Assembly (NCBI GenBank): GCA_010015805.1
Contig: ML978123.1
Location: forward strand, 372,001-436,000
DNA: 64,000 nt
Direction of reading: 5' to 3'
DNA from: Rhizodiscina lignyota
Taxonomy: Eukaryota
Position 1 is the first letter of the stretch. Each line of letters starts with the position of its first letter. The notes beneath the pieces are model-generated. The model was given only the letters and a program-made list of their open reading frames with translations. It was not told where the DNA came from and did not search any database. This document shows positions 50,910-61,873 of the stretch, in pieces. Position numbers and translations under genes: made by a program.

Positions 50910-52894
50910 CTAATAGTGATGCTGCTTCTTGCTGCCATAGCCATACCCATGTCCGCCTGTAATGCCATTACCGTGCAAGTACTCCGACGGCACCTTTGGG
51001 AATTCGTCTATTCCGTCAAGGATCGCAACAGCCATGCCGCCACCCAAATGTGTTTGGATATCTGTTCCTTTTGTCAGCTTTTATACCAACCAGTCATAGC
51101 AGTACCAAGTGCTTACGGCAGTGGAACAAGAATGCGCCGGGGTTCTCAACATGATACCTCAGTACTGTCCAGCTCGGCTCCGTGCTCGTCGGGAGAGTCG
51201 TGTAGCCGTCTCTGAATGGCGGATCATTGAGGTTGAAGGACTGCGGGATCTCCTTCAATGCCTCCGCCGTCGTGCTCCAGTTAAACGCACCGATGCCCTG
51301 GCCGATGAGGTAGCCCTTGTTGCTGTGCTTATGCAGCGGATGCGGTGGCTGCAGTGGGAATGTGACCTGCACGATAATGTCGACCCACTCGCCCATCTTG
51401 GTTGTGATGGTGAGATTCTTGTTCTTGCCAAGAGATGAGTTGGGATCAAACAGGAGAGGTGTCACATCCTCGAGATTCAAGCCGAAGGACTCTTTGCCGC
51501 TGAGGGTCCACTCCCAGGTTGCACCAGTGCGGTTAATCAAGAGGTGGAAGGTACGGTCCGCGGTGGGGTTTGGCTTGGTTGGAGGGAATGGCTTGATTGT
51601 CGTTTCATCGAACATGATTACGCTCGGAGTCGTGTTGACTGCTGCATAGTTGATGAAAGGCGTTGACTTGAAGGTGTTCTTGCTTCCCTTGTAGCGCAGG
51701 GTCGCAAAGCCACTAATAAGCTGGTTGATGCCAGGGTTGGCCATGCGGATAGTGTAGTCACCAGGCTTCTTGTCAAGCTTGACCATGGCGCTGTAGCGGT
51801 TGCCGTTGGCGATAGTGATAGCGTCTATAAGGACTGGAGTGATGTGTCTACCATCGACCGAGTAGATCCACATCGGGTGTTCGTCAATGGCGGCGGTAAA
51901 GACATTGATGCCAGAAGTGCTGATGAAGTCGATGCTAACCCACTCGTCGGCCGCGTCGACTTCGATAATTTCGTGTGGTCCGGTGCTCGGTTCGCATACA
52001 TCAAACGCCGTTGGAGGCAATTTGGAGAAATCGTGAGGGAAGTCTCCTTGCGCCAAAGGCAGTGTTGCCGGAATGCAACTGAAGATCATTAGTACTGCAG
52101 AAGATCAAAGAATGTTGGGAGAGCGTGCAGTCATACCCCTTTGCAGTCAGTGTTACATTCATGCTCGTGAAAAGTGGATTGGTCAGGGCATTGATCTCCG
52201 ATTGAGGGAGACAATACTCCGAGCCTTTGCCATTGATCAAGACGCTGTCGACGCAGAAATTGTCGATACCAACACTCGTTTCAATCCCAAAGAACTGGTC
52301 TGACGTGAAGTGGCTCCAATCGGAGATGAGAACAAGCTTCGGATTGTATTCGGCCTCCTGCATTCTGAATACTTGCTTCGCATCCTTGCTAATCGTGCGA
52401 AGTGGAGTGGGCTCGTCCGGCTTTGGGTGAATCAAGATAGGTCCGTAAAGTCCGTCCAAAATATGGTTCCGGTCATGGGAGTGGTACCAGTACGTACCAT
52501 ACTGGTCCACTGCGGTCCACTTATACAGAAAGCTCTCGCCAGATTTGATGCCCCTTTGGGACAATCCTGGTACACCATCAGACCATGGTGAACCCTTCTG
52601 CTCAATGCCGTGAAAGTGGATCGTCTCCTCGAAGGGAAGATTGTTATGCACGAGGAATTCGACACTGTCGCCATCGCAGAGTTCGAGTAACGGTCCTGGG
52701 AACTGTCCGTTCATAAGGATACCATTGCGTGTATGGCCATCTGGAGAGATGGGACCCCAGGTCAGGTCTAGCTCGAAATAGACCGTCCTGGGTTTGGAGG
52801 ACCCACTCCTGGGATATGGTACTGCGGAAGCAGCCGAAAGAGTTGAGACAAGAAGAAAGGAAAGAACACTCTGCAAGAAGTGTGACGACAACAT
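50910..52894 (-). CDS. Secreted multicopper oxidase/laccase (AA1)
   Basis: Signal peptide; copper motifs IHFHG, YWYHSH, HPLHKH and HC|HIQTHLGGGM (axial Met). Introns at about 52136-52079 and 51115-51063. Confidence 0.95.
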
Positions 52895-54942
52895 CTTGTG
52901 CCAAGCAGAACTAAGAGACTGAGAGAACGTTTGAGCGGATTCTCTTGCACAGCGCGTTTCAACGCAACAGCGCTGAGCGTATATAAAGCTGTAAGCATTT
53001 CGATGCTTAATCTGCTGGCCGGAGTAAGCTGACCGGGGTATTCATGAGAAGCATCAATAAAGTGTGGTCAGTGATGAGGACAAGCTTAAGTCGAGATGAA
53101 CCAAATACGAAAGCTGACAAGGTACAATATACCTTGGCGATTTCTCAAGGGGGGAGAGCGCTTGATGTGGCCATTCTCGAGCATCTTGGAGTCCTCCAAA
53201 AGGCAACATTGTTTATCATAGGAGTGATTCGTGAATGCAATCACCCATGTGATGGAATCCATGTGAGTTCTTGGTTCGTCTAAAGAGACGAATATCGGGC
53301 AAGGGCCCGGCCGCAAAAGAGTCGAACCAGGAATATACACCGCAGGAATAGGAATAACATAGCCCTGCGTTGGAGAGAGCACTATCCATGTCTTCAGCCC
53401 ACCAGATGGCCCGACAGCACGGTCTTTTGCGGCGAGCCGTCGACCAGGCGCGAGGAACGCCATCGCAGCCCCAGGACACATGTCATCCGTGCACATCTTC
53501 ATTTGAAATTTGAGCGTTTGTAAGTTAGTGCTAAGTAAAGCTGCCTATTCAAGGTCTTTGGTGCGCCAAATCTACGGGAGGTATTCGGTGAGTTGGCGCT
53601 CGGCCGCGCTCGGCGGAGGAGGCAAGGGAACATGAATGGAGCAACATGCAGCGCCCTAAGAGGTCAGCTAAGATCTCGCCTTGGCCTGCGAATAACTGCC
53701 AAATTCAACACGCTTGGCACATGGTAAAGGTAAAGACGATTGGGCCGTCTGTAGATGTACCTGGCCCCATCGCTGGCGGGTACGATGGCCCCATGTCGTC
53801 GGTAGTTGGCGGTGGCGAATGTCGTTGCTCCAACTATAGCGGGAGTGGCATGCCGGTCAAAGCGTGTTCAGCTGTAAAATGGCGCTTACTAAATCCGAGC
53901 ATTGATGGCGCCTCGTTTGGAAAGGCGCATCTTGCGAAGTTGGAAGTAGATCTCGTGTATCGTAAGCTGAAGCCCGAGGGTGTCATAGCCCATTTGCAGG
54001 CCGAAGACCGAGATGTCAGAGCATAAACTGCTATGTAGGCCTCACCATCTGTATGACGAGGAAGCAAATTATGCCGACACCGAGAGGCCGAGATGGTAGA
54101 GGCCGAATACCTGAAAGGTGCGTTTAAACTAAGCAATGCGAATGGCTTCCTCCAGGAAGGATGTTGCCGCCAAGCTTTTGGCAGGTCGCGAGGGTAGGGT
54201 AGGATAGTAAGCACGTTAAAATATCCGGCCGCTCTGAATACTGATTTGAGATATGCGCCTTAGCGAGCGTACTACTTGCTGTTCGGGGATAACGGTCAAT
54301 TCTGACAAGGCTAGCGGACTAATTCCCTATACCGTTTGCAGGCAGTATGTGTGAAAATCCAAAAAGGGAGTCATTATTCATTACCACCATCAGGCGGCCG
54401 CCCCATGCTTCCAGACTTGAGATACAGAATGAGCATTTCATGCTGGTGGACTCTTTTAGGATATCTGCATTTCGAGGCTTCATCGTCAGTACTTGTCCAG
54501 GACTAGGCACCCATAATGTGCGGCCGCCTCGGCCCCTAGTTTTAAGCTTGAAAGTAAGATACACACGGCGTTAAGAGTGATTACATATCCATCTCCTGAT
54601 TCTATGTTTGACTCCATTGAGCGCGAAATTGTAGAGCCTTAAGCGACATTTGCATAAGTTAGTATTCATTGGCCTACTTACTCGATACCAAGATAAATCG
54701 CAAGTTCCTAGTGAGCGCTGAAGGATTCAAGACAGCTAACCGACTCTAATGGTCGAGGCCGTTGACTCGTCTGGATGTACAGGTTGCAAGCCACAGTTGT
54801 GGATGCGCATACGCATCTTCCTCGGAGGGACCACCTAACTGGACTGCCGCATATGCTTAGCAAGGACTCTCTTCCACGAATTGCGCGACGTCTTGTAGCG
54901 CTTCATTGCTGCATCGTGCAGCGCTCTTCCTGTAGCTTGATC

Positions 54943-56158
54943 TTACTTGACTTCGTTGATATCAGAGCTACATACACTGTTCGCGTCACTGCCCTCCAAT
55001 TCGTCAATCTCGTCATCGTTCCATCCGCCGCTGTCTTCTACTGCCTCTGCTTGATGCTCAAATATGTCATCCTCAGCAGCGTCCGCCTCTCTTCTCCTAT
55101 CCAGTGCCTCATGCCATGCCTTAACAAACATTTGTGATAGAGTCAATGCCTTTGGATTCTCCTCCTCTTCGAGGATCGCCTTCGACGTCTTGAGGTACAC
55201 CTCTACAAACTTCTCGTGGAGTCTACCCTCGACCGGAAAATAGGGGTCGTTCCCCAGTACTCCACCGAGCAGTTTCTTCACAACGTCCTCTTCATCCAGG
55301 TCGAACTTCTTCGCCTTGTCAAAGTCCAGTATGAAAGGCTTAATCACGCCTTGTGCCGTACAACCCAGCACCCACTCAACGTCCATGCCGTCACATCGAG
55401 CGCCCCAATGCATCACGGCCAACCCGGCAGCCATACATTGGGTGACCCCGTGTACGGTCACTGGGGCCTGGCTCGCAAAAGTCCTGAACCAACTCTTCGG
55501 CAAGGTTTAGATGCAGCTCGAAGTTGCGCAGACTATGGCGCCAGTTATGTCGAGTGCGGCCGACCTCGTAGTCGTTCGAACCGAGATACAAGCGTGTGAG
55601 GCAGTGGTCAGCGGCGCCGCGCGCACGAGATGTTGGAGATGCGAAGAGGTCGGGATCGAAATAGAAGTCGATGAGGGCAGAGCGTAATCGAAGAGGCAGT
55701 GAATGGATGCGCGTGAGAGAGATTGCGGCGGTGTGGGACGTCGGCGATGATTCGTCGCCAGCCGGGAAGCGATGGAGGTTGCTTGCCCAGAAGCCATTCC
55801 GCGTAATCTCTCCGTCATTGCGAGCAGGTCGATGGAACTCATGCCCAGCTGGCACGAGTGGCAGTTTAATCGCGCCACCGAATTCTTTGTCGACAACGCG
55901 CTGGTATCGTAAGAACGCGGCGTGGACATTCCGGCATAAGTTGAGGTCGTGAGCAAGCGCGGCTGCATCCTTGCCGGTCTTGTAAACGATATTCGATTCG
56001 GGCACTTCCCAGACTGTGCCGCATGTTCCTCTCCCGATGCAAGTGAATGGTTTCGGTTTCTGGCACGGTGGGCTGTTTATATCCATGCCCGACTGACTGT
56101 GTCTCTTCGGAGAATGGCGAGAGCCCGATAGAGCACGGTGAGATGTAGATGTAGCCAT
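54943..56158 (-). pseudogene. DUF3669 kinase-like protein gene with an apparent +1 frameshift
   Basis: The N-part (IGRGTCGTVW, VYKT, CLTRLYLG, LRNFELHL) and C-part (MAAGLAVMHW, DGMDVEWVLG, ILDFD, NDPYFP) lie in different frames. No plausible intron was found at the junction near 55477-55480. Confidence 0.75.
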
Positions 56159-56969
56159 GTTGTAATATTTTGTTCAAAGGGGTATATTCACTTTACTGTT
56201 TAGTTTCAAGTTCAGAGTTGAAATTTCGCAGTATAGAGTTCAAAGAAGACGGAGAGCGCGCTTAAAATAAGTTTCTCCTCCTAAATCAACGGTTTGTGAT
56301 GCTTGGTGCGACTGACCGAAAAGCACCAATGAGAACACCGATAAATCAATAGCAAGCAAGCAGACTGCTTTCATGGAGGTAGATATGATTCGATAATGGA
56401 ACAGCGTATGAAAAGCAAAGCCATTGGCCAGAAGATGGTAACTTATAGCAATAGGTGCCCGAGATGCAGAGGTTGTCGTGCCGGCGCGTCGTGCAGGCTG
56501 ATTAACGGAGCAAACCGAAACATTGTTGTAGCTGCCTGGCATAAACAATATTCTAAATTGCCATGCTGCGCCGAGGTTCTATCTGGTGAAGCACAAATTT
56601 TGTAGCTGATGTATTAGTTGAAGAGGTCGAGGGTGAGGATAGACCTTGGGAGTGTTCCATTTTCAAGTACTTGAACACGATACGCGGGCGACGGTCCGGC
56701 GCGTCGACGTCACGCGTTTTTGGTCCGTGCGCGTTGGGGGGTGGTCTGGACCGTCTGGTGGGGGCTCCGGTTCCAAATCCTTGGAAACTTAATTTGAAAA
56801 ACTCAATATCGACCAGCTTTCAACCTTCAAGCCGCTCGACTTATTTGCAAAGCGTTCAATCATGGGGACAAAGAATGCGTGTTCTACATTTCGTATTATA
56901 ACTGTAGAAGTTCCATGTTACACATTATACATATATGCGAAGACTCACAACCCTTTCTCATGCACGTCA

Positions 56970-58989
56970 TTACCAGATGGCCCTGATCCAAGGACCTCCC
57001 TTGTGATTAAAGCCTGGTGGTCCGCTATAGCCCTTTGGCCCGGTGCCCTTCTTGACGACTGTCAACTCGTCGCCAACCGAACCATCAACGCCGTGGATGA
57101 ACTTCCAAGTCAGCTTGGTCGCGCTCTCGACAGTGATCGTGCTGAAGCCATAATTCTTCTGGTCGAGCACAGAAGTGATGTTGAGCGGGCTCTGTCCGGG
57201 GTTGAGAGTACTGTGGCTCTCAATGTTGCCGGCCATGCCGTTGGTCAAATGGATCATGGACTTGCCAGGATTGGTGCGGTAAGTGTTGTTGTTTGCGATG
57301 GAGTCGGTGACGATGCTGCCGTTGACGTCCAATGGCCACATGCGCTCATACCAGTGAATGTGGCCAGCCATGTACAAGTCGACACCGTTCTCGACCATAA
57401 TGGCTTGGAAGGCGTCGCGAATGTCTTCCTGGTAGCTGGCGACCTGGGAGCTCCACATAGGACGGTGGCCCATAACAATGACCCAGGGAGTCTTCTTGCG
57501 GTCAACACTCTTGAGATCCTTAAGGAGCCATTGGTACTGCTCGTACGCGGTGTTATCGGTGTAGTTACCGTTGATGTAGCCGAATGGACCACTGTCGGTG
57601 ATGAAGGTCTGGTTCTCGGCGGGAAGATCGCCATGGCCCTTGGTGTCACGAACGAATGGCCATTCGGGGCTGAACGCAAAGTCGGTCTCCGTGTTGATGG
57701 AAACGAAGTGGGCAAGGCCGAAATCGAAAGAGTACCAGAAGTTGCCGACACCGCCGGTCTCGTCACCAGGCATCGTGAAGCGGTGCTGGTAGGTGGTGAA
57801 GTTCCTAGTCTTGTTAGCAAAGCCCAGGTCACGACTGAAATTGAGTAGGGGACCCACCTTTGAGATGGAGGGCAGCTGTAGTAGGTCAGCTCGGTCTTGT
57901 TGGCAGTCGAGTTGGCCTTGTCCTCCACCAAGTAGGCGGTCAGCTCGTTGTTCGGTCCGTCGAATTCGGCACAAGCTGCTTCGTGATTTCCAGGAAGGAT
58001 CATATAAGGGACCCTCTTCGTAATGGAGTTCATCCATTGCTGCCACAGGTCCCAATTGGATTCATAGAGGACATTCATATCTCCACCCTGGGGGCCACCT
58101 TGATTGGCGATCTCTCCTTCTGGCAGGGGTACAAGGTACTCGGCAGGAATTGGTGGGCCGCCAGGGAGTTCGGTAGAGGTGCCGTTGTAGCAGACGGGCC
58201 AATCGCTCTCGCAAGGTAAGATGCCAGAGTACCAATCATCAGCGTAGCTGATGTCGCCGCCGTGCCAAGCAAACGAGATACCCTCGTCGATCGCCTTGTT
58301 GAGGTACTTGAAAGTTCCATGAGCGTTGGTATAACCCATGTCGTTCAGAACGCCAATAGAGAATGGTGACTTGTCACCGGCAGCACGGGAAGTCTTGAAG
58401 CTCAAAACTTCCGAGGCGGTGGTGCCATTGGCCGCCTGGATCTGGTAGTAGTACGTGGTATCCGACTTCAAGTGGCCGATCTGGACGTCATGGAAGAACT
58501 GGCTGCACTGGGTGACAACAACCTCAGAGCATGGTGGCGTACGATCATAGCTAGGGATGGAATGTTAGCAAATCCCGATGGATGGACTTCTATTAGTGGT
58601 GCTTACGTCTTTGTCAGGCCAAAAGCTTTGTTGCACAGGTCGTTCTTCTTGGGTCCCCAATGGACGAGCGGGGCAGTTCCCAGGCCGAAGGGTGTCTGGT
58701 AGTGAATGTTGACGCCATTTGGCACGTAAGATGTCGAGATGACGTTGATGTTGTTCTTAGGCTTGAACGACTTTGGTTTCACGGCAGGAGCTTCAACCAG
58801 GCGAGGGAAGCCTTTGCCATTGCCATTGATTGTAGGATCGACCCAGTCACCGACAGGCACCTTGGGACCTGTGTAAGGGAATCGAGTGTCAACGTCCGGT
58901 TGCGGCTCAGGCGCCGGCACAGAAGCAACCTCGATGGGCAGTGCCACCAAGAGAGCAGCGAGGAACGCAGCTCTGCTTGCAGTCTTCAT
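56970..58989 (-). CDS. Secreted purple acid phosphatase (AphA-like metallophosphoesterase)
   Basis: Signal peptide, FN3-like N-domain, and motifs NDMG, GDISY, GNHE, GHRP and GHIHWYER. Introns at about 58607-58551 and 57857-57805. Confidence 0.95.
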
Positions 58990-59378
58990 TCTGGAAGCTC
59001 AATTGACTAGACAACAGCAACGGGTACCTCACAGAGAGCTTCTCAAGACAGTATGAACGACAGACAGCAAGAAAAAACCACGATGGACGCACAAGCAAGC
59101 AAGCAAAGGGAAGCTCCATGATTCAAATAGCTCGGCTACCACTCGTCAGGAATGATCAGAGATTCGACAATGCGAGTACGATGCGAGTACCTGCAGCCAG
59201 CGATGAACGCATTTGCGGCGGCGTACGCGAAGCACGATTGGCTGGGCACGAAAATGCGTGGGCTCCCCGTACACAAGTCAACGCTGCACGACCTGCTTCT
59301 TTCGGCGCGCCCATCTCGAGCGGTTCACCCGCCACCCACCCAGCTTGAGCCGCTCGTCCAATTGCGCCTTGGCACAGC

Positions 59379-59620
59379 ACACGTGCTCCTGTGCCACACA
59401 GTGTTGAATCCTTTCAATACTGCAGGTGCCGGTGGTGCCGCGCTGGAACGAAGCGTTCTGGAAACGCTTCGACTCGCGCTTAATTTGAAAGCGTTCCCGC
59501 TGCTCGGGCGTGGGGGAAGCTTCCCAAGGTTCTTACCTAATGCCTGTTCCAAAGCTTGGGGCGAACTCTATCTTAACCGTGCAGCTTTACCTCACTTTGG
59601 AAGCTGGGAAACACGTGCTC
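59379..59620. promoter_or_regulatory. Two ACACGTGCTC (CACGTG-core) candidate PHO boxes upstream of the acid phosphatase
   Basis: Identical 10-mers with cores at 59380-59385 and 59612-59617, upstream of the minus-strand ATG at 58989. Confidence 0.55.
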
Positions 59621-60325
59621 CCATCTAGCTCGGCCAGAGAAGCACATCGACTGCCTTTAATGTGTTCGAGATTTCAATTCATGCGAATAGTCCTTACGTG
59701 ACCGAAGAAAAAAGAGACACATTACTCGGAACAATGCATTTCGGGAACTAGGCCTTATCGTATGTATCGTATCGGAACTAAGCCGCGGCGGGACGAGAAA
59801 GGAAGGCAGACAACGTTCGCTATAGGAAGGTATGTACGCAGAATCATGAGAAGAAAGACGACAGAAAGACTCCATATCTGCCTGATACTTCTGAAGAAAA
59901 AAATTACACAGCGAAGACTTTGATGCCAGTTTCTTGAAACTGACACGAAGGATTATGTCTCGTTATAGTGCTGACACCGGCACCCGAATATTACCCGGCG
60001 AAGGAGTCGCGACCCACCCATACCTCGGTACAAACCCACCTGAATCTTGGGGGGACACGGCCTACATAGCCTCTCTCTCTCTCTCTCCTATTCAACGTGC
60101 TTTGCACATCTCACACAATGCGCACTGTAAAGCAAACTGCTGATGCAGAAAAGTCATGAATTTGCGCCATTGATTCTTCCGAAATGTCTCTCACAGTCTC
60201 TCAACGCGTCCGACCGTGTCATCACCAACGTTCCCCACCATTCACGACACTATCACTTCGATGAACACAAGCGTCTGTACTCCACATGTCTGACTTTCAG
60301 GTTATATCTAAGCGCTTCCACCCTC

Positions 60326-60796
60326 TCACTTCTTCTTTCGAGTCTTCTCTTTCTTAGCCGGCTTGTTCAAGGCGTGCTTCGCCAAGACTTTCTCAGCACA
60401 CGTGCAAGGCTTCGTAACTGAGGAGGGCCCGTCGGCATGTCTGAAAAGAGCGTACTGTCCAAGAGGACCATCCATAAGGAAGGTCTCCATCGGTGTCGTA
60501 CCCTCGGCGGTACGCATGTTCGAGGCTTGGAGCAGCGCAGTATGGAATTCGCATGGCTCGATGCCCGGATTCTGCTCTATGACTCGGTCTACTGTAGCCA
60601 TGTACGCGTCGACGTCCGTCGCCAACGAGGAATCTGCCTCTTGCACTCCGTGGTGATCAGATATGCTATGTCCATCAGCACTGTAATGAGGCATCGAGCC
60701 GTAGGTCCTAGGTATTCAAACTTGTTAGACTCTGAATATTCCGATTGCATTTCCCTCCGAGTCAACATACAATTCCTGGGTATTGTTTCCACTCAT
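60326..60796 (-). CDS. Small hypothetical protein, 2 exons
   Basis: A short exon MSGNNTQE splices via a canonical GTATGT...CTAAC...TAG intron in frame into the 122-aa ORF. The 3' end is uncertain. Confidence 0.5.
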
Positions 60797-61873
60797 GCTG
60801 ACATCTGAGTATGTAGCACCAGCAGCGATTCTGAATAGAATGATTTGAGTAGAGAAGCCCTCAGCAGAGACAGGTCAAGAGCTGGATCCTGCTTCGAGAA
60901 CAGAGGCAATTGACTTGTATTGTCTGTACCGGCCTGCAGTGGGTCTTTTATAGCCGCAGAAACGGGTCGATTGAGGTATCAGGCAAACAACTTCAACTCC
61001 TTCTCACCTTAACGCTGCGTAGCTGAGACATGAATGCATGCGGGCTGAGAAGGATGCTGGCTGGTCATGGTAAGGCGAGCGAGGTGCCGTCGGCTCGTGG
61101 CTGGATGGGGAGATCTACTTGTTGAACAACACAAAGGCTCATCCAACGAACAATCAAAAGAAGCGCTGTTGCTCATCACCGGGAAGACGTGTTGGTCCCA
61201 CCGTGTTCATGCAGTCCCGGCCGTCAAATACGGGCTACAGTGAGAATATAGCTTGCGGCGATGGCAGTTCCAAGGACGGTTACAACACAGACCCCGTTCG
61301 ATAGGAAGAAGGCATTGGAGAGTCTACTTTTGTCACGGTTCTCAACCTTGAATGATTGGTTGATTGGAATAAGGCACGACGTGCTGTCGCAGCTGTGCTT
61401 AACAAGCTTGCTTCGGAGAATGATCATTTGGATCCGTGCCCCACCGCAACTTCTTCTCGACCACGTCTGACGATGTTGACCTCCTATCCCAGATAGAATT
61501 TTGCCCGCTCAGTGGAGAGTCTACTTTTGCAAGTCTTAGCTGATGTGGACGATGGTTGCACAGTGAGGATCCGGGCGTACCACCCCTGTTCTTTTTACCG
61601 CCTAAGTAGGATACGCGCATGCAGCGAGGAGATCACGAGAACCTGTATGGTCGGTCTACTTTTGCGCGTCTTGTCAGACCCACAAGCCAGGCAACCAGGC
61701 AAACTGTTGCGATGGCGCCGCCTGCAAGGCTGGTCCTGAAGAGGACTTAACTTTCCACCCGACCTGTCTCATAGACTTTACTTTCACTTCGACATCTTTT
61801 CGGCGCTCTCTACTGAGAAGAAGTTATTTCCTGTTTCTGCTTAGAAAAGCCTTCTCCGCCAGCACCAACCATC

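Noticed and set aside
53044..54574. Short ORFs upstream of the laccase
   Set aside because: No recognisable protein family; frames are interrupted by stops.
56862..57848. 328-aa plus-strand ORF (and similar long antisense ORFs at 27134-27880, 29552-30187 and 35450-36103)
   Set aside because: Antisense open frames produced by codon bias of the real gene on the other strand.
60071..60088. (CT)n microsatellite
   Set aside because: Ordinary short simple repeat with no associated structure.
61100..61665. CRISPR-like interpretation of the repeated GTCTACTTTTG motif
   Set aside because: Eukaryotic context, repeats too short, spacers long and irregular, no cas genes.
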